NCBI RefSeq assembly: GCF_000143415.4
Contig: NW_003314370.1
Coordinates: forward strand, 365,517 to 429,516
From: Selaginella moellendorffii
Taxonomy: Eukaryota; Plantae; Lycopodiophyta
Direction of reading: 5' to 3'
Length of the DNA: 64,000 nt
The notes beneath the pieces are model-generated. The model worked only from the letters and a program-made list of their open reading frames with translations. It did no database searches and was not told the origin of the DNA. Positions 21,870 through 33,700 of the stretch are shown piece after piece. A program made the position numbers and the translations under genes. Position 1 is the first letter of the stretch. Each line of letters starts with the position of its first letter.

Positions 21870-23730
21870 CTAACCTTTTGCGCTTAGTTTCCTCGTCCAC
21901 GAATTGTTGAAGCAAATGGCGTTGAGTCCGTGTGATGTTCCTGCGAAGTTTTCGTCACAGCGATGAATTGTTGATCGGTAGAAAGTTGGAGTTTACTCAC
22001 CGAGAATTGCCTGTTCAACCATTTGAGTTTCAGTGATACTGAAGCGAGACAACAATTGTACCGTTGTCAAGTCGATCGCCAAGTTCATGTGGACGTCCTC
22101 TCTTTCTTTCCAAAAGACCGGATCATCCAGGACCTACATAGCAAAATTAGTTGCTTGGATATGCTTTCAAACGGTCAAACCTTCAAAATAAGTATAAGAT
22201 CAATAAGTCTCCCAAGCGGATCTACACCACCTCCTTTGCGTATAATTATTCTCATTCCGGTGTCCAAGCCTGTCAAATGAATATACTATTTGGTTATCGT
22301 GAAGGAAAAAAACTAAAAGAGTAGTTACATTATTGTCATGCACAAAGCATACCAGGTGGAATTCTCATGTCATGTGTTTTCGTCTCTCTGACAACACCTC
22401 CACCAGAACAAACATTACAGAAGTTCTGAAAAAAAGAGAGTAATAAATCAGTAACAACATAACAACTTTCCATGCTACCTGAGAACCTGATCCCCCACAA
22501 GCTGAGCACGGCACACGAATTATAAAAAGGCCTTGCTTTCGGGCATTCTATCACACAGAGCAGCGTCACGATTAGATTTTAGAAATCTCCATTTCAACCT
22601 TTCCCAGGCCTCGACACTCGGAACAGGGCTGTTGCCTAGCACCAGCTCGGATTCCACTGCCATCTGCAAGCTTAAAAGCTGTTAGATTAAAACCACAGAC
22701 CAAGATATTTGGAATCATCCATACTGCACATTCTACAGTGTACTAAAGCCAAAAAAATCACAGGATTTTGACATCCATGTGCAGCTTCTCGAAAGCTTAA
22801 TGACAGAGTTATCTTCAAAAAGGAAAACACGTATGAGTGTGAGTCCGAAACATGAAAATACTTACTTTCACCGCTCGACTACTTTGCATCCACATTGCTC
22901 TCATAAGCTGTGCTTGTTTTGTAGGTCAGGTATTTCACAATGCTCGGAGATTTTCATTTGTATACCTCGTGAATTGCCGAACTAAAATCGGCACAGTTAC
23001 TAGCGCACTCATTGAAAGCACCCATTCCCATCTGGAGGAAAGGCTTTCAAACCATCTCCAAAACGCGGCTAGGTAGAGTATACCTTGTCATACATTTCTC
23101 GCTTCTTCTTGTCCTTGAGAATCTGACCAAAACGCTCAAGCAACGTTGCAAAACCGAAGAAACAAAAAGACCACTCACTTACTTCATAAGCGTGCTGTAA
23201 CTCCTAAAACTTTTTATCAGCCTCCGAGTCTCCTTTATTCAAATCTGGATGGAACTGCTTGGCTAGCTGCAATTTTTGAAAAAACAAAGATCGAAGAACT
23301 CCTAAAGAAAAAAAATAAAAACAAAAAATAATATGACACTTACCGTGTAGTAAGGCCCTCTTGATTTAATCGGTGCTAGCACTCGAATCCAATCCAAGCA
23401 CTTCGTATAAGTCCCGTGTGGCCATATCCCGAGATCCAAAATAAACGATGCGCGATGGATCAAATGCAAGATATTACCAGTAGAGCGGAAATTTCTCGCA
23501 AGAACAGCTACTGATCCCGCTAAAGCTCGCGGCAGTAAGCATGTAGCAAAAGAAATAAACACGCCAAGATTTCGAGCGCTTGATCCAAAACCACGATGAG
23601 CTCCGCCGCGCAGTGTAAGCCTGTGCGCATTCTAGAAAAATGGATGGAAATCAAGATCTTGGGATTTGCCTACCCCGGAGCAGCGCGCAAGAATGATCCG
23701 CCAGCTCCGCGATAGAGCTCTTGCCGCCAT
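21870..23730 (-). pseudogene. Type I DnaJ chaperone (mitochondrial GFA2-like) pseudogene
   Basis: J domain DLYEVLGLDSSASTD*IKRA (TAA 23366-23368, then an extra T), LAKQFHPDLNKGDSEADKKF*ELQHAYE (TAG 23204-23206). Zn finger CNVCSGGGVV. The last exon NITRTQRHLLQQF is out of frame with the preceding AILG exon. Confidence 0.8.
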
Positions 23731-23935
23731 TTTGCCCAAAATGAAAACTAGCCCTAAACCCTTAGACGTAAGGGATGACGTGTCAAAAGTGAGAGCCACG
23801 TTGGCAATCCCATGGCTTTTGGTGTTCTCCGCGCCAAAGAGAGTCCCATTTGCGAGCTCGAGATGGGCACCTAGCGAGCCTAGAGAGAGCATCGATCGAT
23901 CATCAAGTCCATTCTACTGCATTTGATCGATCAAA

Positions 23936-24391
23936 ATGCCGGCGGGATTTTCCCTGGGCAGCAATCTGCGGCTGCCCAAGGTGTTTGGGGGCAATGGAAT
24001 CAGTAGCGCGACATCTCCCCCAGCTCCAATCCGCAAGGGCGTGCTCACGGGAAAATGCGAGTGGGACGTCTATGGCACGCAGCGGCAGCGCAAAGCCAGC
24101 GATCTCAAGGAGGTGGAGAGGATCAAGCAACTCATCCACAAGCTCCAGCATCCAGCTATGGCGGCAATGGGAGAGAATTCCAGCCCCCCCGCGGGCGGCA
24201 GGAAGGCTTTTGTAGGGTTCTCGTCCGCGAGATCATCCCCGGCCAAGCGTCGCCCCGCGCCCAGCGATGTGCCGCTGGATGAGAGCTCCGAGGGGCTGGA
24301 GGAGAAGATGCGCGCCGAGTTTGTGATGATCAAGGATCGATTGAGAAAGATGGAGAAGGATCTCCATCAGTTGGGAACCACGACCAGATAG
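23936..24391 (+). CDS. Hypothetical 151-aa protein with C-terminal coiled coil
   Basis: GC-rich single-exon ORF with ATG, divergent from the DnaJ pseudogene. Contains LEEKMRAEFVMIKDRLRKMEKDLHQL heptads. No family recognised. Confidence 0.5.
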   Translation: MPAGFSLGSNLRLPKVFGGNGISSATSPPAPIRKGVLTGKCEWDVYGTQRQRKASDLKEVERIKQLIHKLQHPAMAAMGENSSPPAGGRKAFVGFSSARSSPAKRRPAPSDVPLDESSEGLEEKMRAEFVMIKDRLRKMEKDLHQLGTTTR

Positions 24392-24578
24392 GAAAGAAAT
24401 AGCCACGTCATCAGGAGTGCCACATCATAAACGCGTGGCATTGTCCACGTAGACTATCATTTCTCGCCTCGATAAAAATTAATTATAAAAAAAAGAGGGT
24501 AAAATTTATTGTTTATTTCAAGGATGAAATGCATTAATTTTAAAGTAAAATTCATCAAGGATGAAAAGAGAGTACATT

Positions 24579-26359
24579 TTAATTCTCGAAATCTGCTATG
24601 AAAATGCTTCCATTTTCACTCCATCCAGCCAGAAAATCTTTGTCAAGACACTAGAAGAAACAAAAGATTGTGAGAGTGGACGAAACTTTCAAGTGTATCA
24701 CCTTGTCCATTCCAAGCCAGCGTGAATCTCCACGAAAGCCAAAGCTTCGCTTGATAGTTCCTTCAAAATCGTCTTCATTCCATTCGCCTCCAGCAACCTC
24801 GAGGCCAAAAAAAAAAAAAAAACAAAACATTTTACTACCAAAACCAGCAAACAAGCTGTTGCTACCTCGTAATCGAGACCATGAGCAAACACATAGCTTT
24901 GCTTCGTGGCAGAAAAAGCGATGCCTGTTACCTGAAAGCCTCGATAATCAATCTCACAGACTACATACAACTCTAGGAATTTATAAGAGCCAGACCTCGT
25001 ATTTGAGAGCATTCACCCACCTCGCTCTTGGAATCCATCTAAAGAGAAAACAAAGCTTGCACGAAAACTCTGGCCTGGACAAAGAACGTACCTTCGAGTG
25101 TCAAATATTGTCACTGCTCGATCAGCTCCAGCGGCCCCTAGGAGATTGTCCCAAGAGCTACAAACAGAGTATAAGCTCTCGCCTGTGAAGGAACCCAGGA
25201 AACGCTGCACACATCCACCTTGCTCCCCGCATCTCAAGTCCCAAATACTTAACTGGAAAAAAAAACGTTAGAAGTGCTTCTTTTCTCTATATTTTTCCAC
25301 TACCTGTGGACCCTCACTGATTGCTAAAACCGATGGGCAAGCTCCATGAAGAAATGTTAGCGCTGTTGGACACTGAAGCCTTCACAAAAGAAGGAAGAAA
25401 AGAAAAAAAAAACGGAAGAAAATTACACAGACTCAAGCAAGTGAGGAGGGGCTTGGAAAACTTCACTACTTACGTATGGAAGGTGCGTACGTGTACGTCT
25501 CTGTCATATATGTCGATGCTCCTGGCAAATCCTCGTGCCACAGTTATCTGCATTGTTCTTCACATCAAATCTTGGTTCTTTTTTTATCAATTCTTACCAG
25601 CGATGGTTGATGAGGAGAGAAGACGCATCCAGCCCATCCGCCTTCGCCGGCTCCAGGATCAGGAGGAGATACAGCGTAGGATGTTCCTAAAATTCTCTCA
25701 AAGTTTGAAACGAAGAAATTAATGCGTGAAGGACACACAAAACTCTGGGAATCTTGCAACCTTTAGAAAGCTTTGAGACCATGAGATGGCCATACGAATC
25801 AACAGATGCTAGCAGTGCCTCTTGCGATGGATTGGCTGCAAAGAACTACCATATCTCAGCAAAAGGAAAATAAAATCTACGAGCTCACACAGTGCAATGC
25901 ATTGAACTTCAGCTCTATGTGGACAATGCTCTAGCTTCTCGGCTTCCAAAATCTGCAAAGCTAGCTCTTAAGAACCAAAATCTGGCAAAGCTAAGAAATG
26001 AAAGAGGAAAAAGAAAAGCTCACCCGAGAGTCGGAAGGAACGAGCAAGCCCTCTTTTCCTTCCAAGACACTAGAACACGGCAAGTCGGCCTAGAAACCAA
26101 AAACATGAATGGCAACGAAAGCACAGGAAACATCACACCTTGAGGCGATAGATTCGTGACGCCGAAGCGATGTAGACATTACATGCTTCACCACCATCGA
26201 TTGGAGCCTGGAAAGAAAGAAATTGAAAGAAGGAAAAGAAAAGTGAGAAAATCACAAGACCTGGACGGCGACGCGTCGGGAATGTGGAGTTGCGGGCGAC
26301 GGTAGACCGACAACATGCCTGGGAATTGTTGCACGCACAAGCCTCCTGGCTCTCACCAT
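24579..26359 (-). CDS. Uncharacterised plant WD40-repeat protein, multi-exon
   Basis: Spliced exons MVRARRLVRATIP.., GESLYSVC..LGAAGADRAVTIFDTRR|WIPRARWVNALKYE|VTGIAFS..HGLDYE|..FGFRGDSRWLGMDK|CLDKDFLAGWSENGSIFIADFEN*. Confidence 0.78.
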
Positions 26360-28935
26360 ACATAAAACCACTTTCTAGGGTTCTATGGTCTCATCTTTAT
26401 TCCTTTTCCACTTTAATTAAAACTAGCATAAAAATTTGTTATACTTAAGCCCTTGTAAGCTTAAATAGCCCGCCTTTAAAATGCAGTCTTAGGCCGCTAA
26501 CTGTATTTATCTTCTAGCTTAATATATTTGGTTGATATTCTTGTATATTCTATTTATTTGCAAGATTTATTTTAATTAGGAAGTTGGATTGTTAAATGTT
26601 TATCCATACAAACGATGCTAAATTATATAGGATCTCCTCCTCATACAAATTTGGAGTGCAGCTCACATATTCCTTATTTTTGTCTGCTATGATTTTCCAA
26701 TGAGTCATAAATCACTTTATTTGGTGGAGAATGGAGTGAATGCAAAGGCCTTTCTTTATTATATTCCTTTTGTCTTCGCCACTTGCTTCTAGCAGTCTAA
26801 GTTTGAGATTCTTGTATCAATTTGAAAAGTTTCTTGTATGAGATTTAGATTTAGATTTGGTGGAGAGCTTGAGGAGTGGTTTCTTGATGGAATAATATTT
26901 CATGAGATTTGGATCTTTTTCTTTCAGCACATTGTGGATGGCATAGTTTCAGAAGCTTTCACACACTAGTGACACTTGATTCCATTTAATAGACTTGGTT
27001 CTCATCTTTCTTTCACAATTTATGGCATCTTAAATTGTCAAGTCTTTCATAAGTTCTAGTAAGTTTTTTTTTATTTTCTTCTTTCTTCTTCACAATCCTT
27101 TTTCCATCTTATTTCTCTTCCATTTTTTACAGTTTTTGCAAAACAAATAAAAATTTATGTCCATGTTTAGAGCTTCTCCTGGCTGTTCTTGCATATTTAA
27201 TCTTACTCTATTTTGTGATTCAAGCCGCTTGTAATATAGAATGCACACATTCCCCCATTATGATTAGTGCTTCAATTTGCCCCAAATATAACATAAGGTG
27301 GTGTGCCTTCTTGCCTATATCTACCTATGACAAAAAGCTTTAGAAAGTGACAAAATGATCTCTTAAATTTATCTTCTCCACTTTCTTCTAGGAGAGAGAG
27401 AGCAACATGTATAAGTCGTGAAGAGTTTCAAGTTAGAAATAGAGTGTATCTTTTGTTCAAATTAACTTTTTAGATTTTTTTATGTTTTGTACACATTTCA
27501 AGTATCAATTGTAACTTAGAAATGAGTAGGAAATCTCATTAGAAGTGGTGTTTACAATTTGAGCAAATGCTTGAGAAAGATATTTGTAACATGTGGCTTT
27601 TAATGTTATAGATTCATATTGTGAGACAATACTTTCCAATAATTGCATCATCTTCATCAAGGATCAATTATACAATTTAATGTTTGCCTTTAGAACCTTT
27701 TGTTTCATATGGAACCAACTATATTAGAGCAAATCAAATTAAAAATGTTGTGGCCAACATTTTATCAAATTTTTTATAGGATTTGTGCATGCATTTGCCC
27801 CAACCATCTTTGATGACTTTCTTTGACTAAACTAATTTGTGAATGATTGCATAAGAATTTTGTAGTTGGTTATATCCTCTAGAATAAGAAACTCCACCTA
27901 TAACTCTGCTAATTTGCTTGTAAGTTACTATAGAAACTCTTGTTACTTTTTAGCATTTTCAGTGATGAAATTAAAAGCATATTAATCCTTAAATAAAGCT
28001 ATAACTTTGAAAGTGCAAATCCATATTATAATCTTTAGCATATCTAAATACAACCTTGAAGACATTTGGGAAAAAACTTCAATCTACATGAATAACCGTG
28101 TTTAAACCATTGTATAACTACAATGTTATCCTTTAAGGATATGTGAAAAGCTTACATAGATGTTAGGAATCATCATAAAAATGATAGGCAGCAATCGCTA
28201 TCAAGTGATTGAACTAATAATACACATAATTTCCCATGGAAAAAATTTAGTGAGATAAAGAAATGAACACTACTGTCAACTAAATTTGACTATTCAACTA
28301 CAACCATATAACATAAAACAATTACATTAATTGCTACTCTAGAATTAAAGGAGGATAAAGGAGGAGTATATTGCTCTACCATAAAGATGAAGAAAAAAAA
28401 ATAAAAATAAAAGAGAAGGGGGACCAAAATCATAAATCTAATTAAGGACAATCAAAATTACCCCTCATCTTAAGAATGTATGGAATATAAAAAGTTACAA
28501 ATTTGATTAAAAGGAGTGAGTGGTCTGGATTAAAACTAATCTGATGGCTATCAAAATCCCACTACTTTATATAACATTTTAGCATACACTTAAACCTCAC
28601 AAAATGAAATAAAAATAATTGTGAAGGCTTAAAATATCCACAATAAAAAATGTAAATAGCAGCATAAAAGCTTCAAGGGTTTTGACTTTCAGTGTAATGT
28701 TACACACTTAAAAGTGGCAAATATTAAGAGCTTGGAATATATATACAACTTGTGCTGTTGTAATATTTAAGCAACTCTCCCAAAAAAGAGCTTCAGCAGC
28801 TCATTGCCTGCGAAAACCAAAACATAAAAACATGAGTGGAAGATCACGTTAACAGTGCTCAAATTATAATGATCTATAGTGGAATTTTCTAATGATTGAA
28901 AAATTAAACAAGACAAGCTTTCACACAACCAGCAT

Positions 28936-30864
28936 CTAGAACAAGTAGTTAGGCAGATAAACCGACGACCGCCTAGCCTGGAACATGAACTCCGGAAGAT
29001 TGGCGGGGGCTGAAATTTGCACGCTGGTCCAGTTCTTGGAGCCTTTGCTAAGCTGCTCTATGACCCATGCTTTGTCATGCGGCTTGTACTCCACAAACCA
29101 GCAAACCGGCTGCTCCTCCAACTTCTCGGCCTCCCTCTTTATCACAGCCTTGACGTCCACCGCTTGCTTTTTGCGATCATCCACCCGTAGATATGCATAA
29201 TGCATGCCGCACTGATGAAGCGTACCATACTTTTCAGTCTTCTGTACGTGCTTCCGGATAGACTCTTCATCTCCGTCGCCCTGCACTTCCATTCCCTCCG
29301 CGATGGAGTTGACGTAGAGGAAGTCAAGACGAGTTCTCCGATCTCCGTTCTTGTCCTTCTTCTTAGCTTCCACTAGAACGGTGTACTTGCCTTGTTGAAA
29401 ACCCTTGACCAGAACAAACTTGGTGCTGAGAAGTACCTCCGACTGCCATATGTATTCTGAAGGTTGCCCATTAGCGTTGAGGACTTCTGGCTTCACCAAG
29501 CGCTCGTGATTGATGTAGCTGAAGGCGATCTGAAGCGCTTGAGTAAATGAATCGATACGAGGCAGCACGTCGGGGGAAGAAAGGTGGCAGTCCTCCAACA
29601 TCGCACCCAGCAGCAAGCTGGAGGTGAGGCTGAAAGAACGAGGGCCTTCTCTCACAAGTACTCCGTCGTTGATAGCCGGCAAAAGCGCGTCCATAGTGTT
29701 GACACTGACGAGAGCCGGCTGCCCGGTCAGGATACACTCGAGTATGACATCCCTGACTTGTTGGGGATAATCCGGAATGCTGGATGCCATCCTTGAGTAG
29801 ACCCTTGAATAGAAAACGTACGATGAAACGTAGCCAAGTCGAAGCCGACGCTTCCATTCCGTAAATGTATGGATCTGCTTCCTTGATATGTACTCGCAGC
29901 AGCAGCCGGTCATTCCCTTGTAACCGCTCGTCAAGGAGTGAATGCTGGCGGCCAACTTTACGATGACCTTGTCCGCATTTGCTGCGCTCCATTCCTGTTC
30001 CTCGTTCTCCCTGAACTGAACACCAAACTCGCGCTGATAGTCAGTGAGCATCATGGCGATGTCCCCAACCAGAAGAAAGTCGGATGCCCTCTGCTCCTGA
30101 ACGCTGAGTGGCGAGATTGGACGGCCCCTCCACGGATCGTAACTGTCGTGACCTCGGGCTGGGCTCGATGTAACATGGGAACTCCCCTCGGCAGCAATCC
30201 GCCTGCCTCGGCTCGGCTGAAAAAGCAAGCTCGTCTTGTCTGTGCCGACCAGAACAAAGCTTCGCAGGCAGTATAGACCAGAACCCGTGGTCCTGAACAC
30301 GCAGCTCTCTCTGCACGTCTTCAACGCGGACAGAAACGCAAGCAGCACGCCCGGCCAGGTGATCTCGTTCAGAAGCGCTGCCTCGTCGATGAACCACACG
30401 ATCTCCTTGCCGGGAGAAGCCAGCATCTTGAGAAGTCCCATGACGCCGGGAGTTCCATCGTACTCGAGCCTGCCTTTGCTCCCCAGAGCCAGAGACATAG
30501 CCATCTCGCGGATGAAAGCAACGGTAGCGTCGTCTTCAACGGCATGCTTGTTGGCTGCTCCCACCATTTGAGGGTTCAACACAGTCACCACGGGCACCAA
30601 GTCCTGCGCACTCATGCGATCGGCAAGCCCGTACATGAGCGATGACTTCCCGGATTGCCACGGCCCCGTGATGAGCAGCCACCTTGAGTTCCCGAGATAG
30701 CCCTCGAGCCTGTCTATGTCACTCCATTCCACAAAGAAATTCGTGGCTGGATGGATTGCGTTGCCCGCAGAAAACAGCCGTGGCCGCGGGACTATCTCAC
30801 TGCCCAAAACCGGCCTCCGCTTCCCAGGAGCAAGGTCGACATGCTCGCCCTGCCGTTTCGCCAT
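28936..30864 (-). CDS. P-loop NTPase (AAA_35/STAND-like) fused to a C-terminal PD-(D/E)XK restriction-endonuclease-like domain (Crinkler/RHS-type NTPase+REase)
   Basis: Intronless 642 aa. Walker A LITGPWQSGKSS, Walker B VWFIDE, SFVLVG strand, SP motif, helical IHSLTSGYKG, wHTH-like NDGVLV..FSLTS. C-terminal SEYIWQSE..VLVEAK..RLDFL..MEVQ..H..Y resembles the REase core. ORF call is firm; the nuclease call is by eye. Confidence 0.75.
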   Translation of the reverse strand: MAKRQGEHVDLAPGKRRPVLGSEIVPRPRLFSAGNAIHPATNFFVEWSDIDRLEGYLGNSRWLLITGPWQSGKSSLMYGLADRMSAQDLVPVVTVLNPQMVGAANKHAVEDDATVAFIREMAMSLALGSKGRLEYDGTPGVMGLLKMLASPGKEIVWFIDEAALLNEITWPGVLLAFLSALKTCRESCVFRTTGSGLYCLRSFVLVGTDKTSLLFQPSRGRRIAAEGSSHVTSSPARGHDSYDPWRGRPISPLSVQEQRASDFLLVGDIAMMLTDYQREFGVQFRENEEQEWSAANADKVIVKLAASIHSLTSGYKGMTGCCCEYISRKQIHTFTEWKRRLRLGYVSSYVFYSRVYSRMASSIPDYPQQVRDVILECILTGQPALVSVNTMDALLPAINDGVLVREGPRSFSLTSSLLLGAMLEDCHLSSPDVLPRIDSFTQALQIAFSYINHERLVKPEVLNANGQPSEYIWQSEVLLSTKFVLVKGFQQGKYTVLVEAKKKDKNGDRRTRLDFLYVNSIAEGMEVQGDGDEESIRKHVQKTEKYGTLHQCGMHYAYLRVDDRKKQAVDVKAVIKREAEKLEEQPVCWFVEYKPHDKAWVIEQLSKGSKNWTSVQISAPANLPEFMFQARRSSVYLPNYLF

Positions 30865-32096
30865 AGATTATATTTAAAGAAATTATAAATTTAATGCCAC
30901 TGCTGTGGAGAAATTAGAAGCTTGAAGTACTGCTATCGCTGTGTTGGCAGCCGCGTTGAACTGGAAAGGAGTTCTATCGAAGATATGACACCATGAATAG
31001 TGGTTATGGATTTTCAGTGATCATTCATATAAGAGTGTTTTGCTGGATGAGGAAGGAAGAGTTTCTCACCTTTTCTTATTGTTACATCTTGTGTTGAATC
31101 TCTTTTCCTGGATCTAATCTTTGTGAAAATTTCTTAGAATGACTATGCCAAATTGAAAGGAACCCTAACCACATCCCAATATATCCTTCATGGTGTTAAC
31201 TTAATCAAGTGATGTTTGATAAAAAAAATATTATAAATTTTTAAGTTTTCTTATATGGTAGTATTATTATAATAAATGTTCTAGAGAACATAAACGTGTT
31301 ATTCAATTAAATATACTACATATTACTATTTTAACAGAGCTCAAGCTAGCCCATGAATGTGCTTGCTAGGCTTTGTGCTTGACTTTCCCATTCTATATAA
31401 GCCATCTCCTATTAAAATTCTAATACAAAAGAATCATTAATTATCTCTTTAAAGATCTCAACTATGATCCATTCCTTGGGCCTTTATAAGAGCTTCAATA
31501 CCATGATGTGCATTATAAGCATCACATAGTACCTCAAGCAGCTAGAGAATAAATCCTTAAAGTTCTTCATCTCGAGGGAGTATTATAAGCTTCAAATGCT
31601 CTATAATAAAGCAATCTTAGTATGGAGGGATTACTCAATGATCCAATTCCTAATCCACTACTTTCAAGTAGCTAGAAAAGATTCTTGGAATGGTTAATTA
31701 CTAGAGTGATGGGGAAGGATCTATCTTAGGTGAATTTTTTATAAAGCCAACTCAATCTATACATCCATAAGCTCTTGGATGAGTACATAGTGATGAACTT
31801 ATAAAACATGTTCAGCTCAATGTGATTGCTTATGGAGAGAGTTGAGAAGGAGGAGCAATCACGAGGCCAAGTGCTTTCTGCTTTTGCTCTATGTATATAC
31901 AGATTGTATTCGTGATAAGTAAATGAGAGAGAAAAGTTTAACAAATATCCTAGAATATATTTGGATATTTAAGTATATGCTTTACACCTCTTAATTTCAA
32001 ATTTATACTCTGTTTGGTCATTACAATCCATCAGCTTTCTCTAACATTTGGAAGCTAAGATTGCTTAGTTTCTTATTTATAAGCTTATAAAACATT

Positions 32097-33700
32097 TTGC
32101 ATAATGTAATTCTATCAAGTGGAGGCTACCACAATAATTGGACATCAAGAATGATCTCTAGTGAGTGTCAAGATGTTATGAAATTTATAAAGATCAAGAC
32201 TTTTGCCAACATCGAATGCTACCAAGTCTTCTTTGCTATAGAAGGTTTAGACTATAATAGATTTCTTGGTTATCAAATCTTTGAGAGGGTGAGAAGTGGT
32301 GTTTCATGCAACTCTTTGGATGAATCTGGCTAGAGAAATTTCATACTCACACATATTAAGATATTAGGGTGATGAAGGAGAATGTGTGGGGACACTTTAC
32401 AATGCTGTTGGACATTGATATCTTCATCAAACTCTAGCAAAACCAATAGAAGTTCATTATGACCTTGATCCGAGGATGTACCACCTCCTTCACGGTGTTT
32501 CACTTGGATAAGAGAACTCAAGATGAGGTTTAGGTCCTCTTGGACTAACTCCAGACCACTGCCAATCTTGAGTACTTTGGTTATGAGTTTTAGACTATCA
32601 ATGTCTAGCTAGGTTGAAGCATGGTTGTCATTATTTCTAGCAACTTTCCTTTACAAAAACCAGTTAGAAGTAGGGATCAATATATTATAGTGCCTTGCTT
32701 CAATATTGGACACTTTTGACTAGAAGAATATGATCAATAGCTAGCAACAAATCACTTTCTCTTCATAGTTGGAGCTTATACCCACAATATGAGTTGTAGA
32801 AGCATTGACTTTGCACTTTTCTCAACTGGACAATTGCTATATCTTGCATCTACTTTGATTGTTGCAAAGTTTTCTAATGAAGTCGAGTATAAACATAGTT
32901 GTACTTGTGGTGAACACCAACTTTATTGAGCTCAATCTAGCCACATCTAAATCCTCACCACAACTCATCTTCATTAAGGATGAAGCCATCTCCACCACCT
33001 TTGCTTTGAATAAATTGACATTTTTATATGGAATTATAGGGATTTGTGAGGAGTCCTTCAAATGCTATTATGCATTATATCCCCCTCCATGATGATGCTC
33101 ATTTAATGCAACAAGCTCCACAACATTTGAGTTCAATGCTAGTGTTAGTTGTCCAAGTTAAAATTATAACTTATGGATGTCAAGTTTATTTTCCTCTTCG
33201 ATACTTAGTAAGCTGAATCATCTCAATTGTATCAGTGAGGAAGGCAAATGGTAATATCCGAGTTTGCATGGATTTTAAAGACCTTAACAAAGATATATTA
33301 CATAAATACTTTTCAACACTAATTATCAATAATATTTGCAATGTTGTAGCTGATTATAGGATTTAATCCTTTATGGATGGCTTTAATGGTTATAAGCAAG
33401 AGTTCTTTAAGCCTGATCAAATGAAGACATCCTTTAATACACCTTGAAGAAATCTAGACATACAACTTTTGATCTCATGAATGCATTAGTGACATTCTAA
33501 TAAAGTTATAAAAGTTTTCCATATAGATCCATATAGGATTGGAGCATCAAGTTGTAAAAGGCAAAGTTCATGATTTATTAGCAATACATGTTGAAGACTT
33601 ACAAACCATCTTCCAGCAATGCCATTTCTATATCATCCAACCCAATCCCATAAAAGTTCTTCATTCCTTAAGGGAAGTTACTTGGTCAACACTATGTTCA
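32097..33700 (+). mobile_element. Degenerate Ty3/Gypsy LTR-retrotransposon pol remnant
   Basis: From 33241: KANGNIRVCMDFKDLNK..VADYRI*SFMDGFNGYKQ..DQMKTSFNTP*, then FDLMNALVTF* and GKLLG, which match Gypsy RT motifs with stops. 32097-32333 weakly resembles an aspartic protease C-terminus. No LTR pair found. Confidence 0.75.

Noticed and set aside
23204-23368. Idea that the DnaJ stop codons are repaired by RNA editing
   Set aside because: Nuclear gene; TAA to GAA is not a C/U edit, and a frameshift and exon loss co-occur.
26400-31340. Possible Helitron or TIR termini around the NTPase-nuclease gene (ACTAG near 26422, TA-rich start near 31315)
   Set aside because: Only weak hairpins, and no convincing TIR or TSD found by eye; needs a multi-copy alignment.
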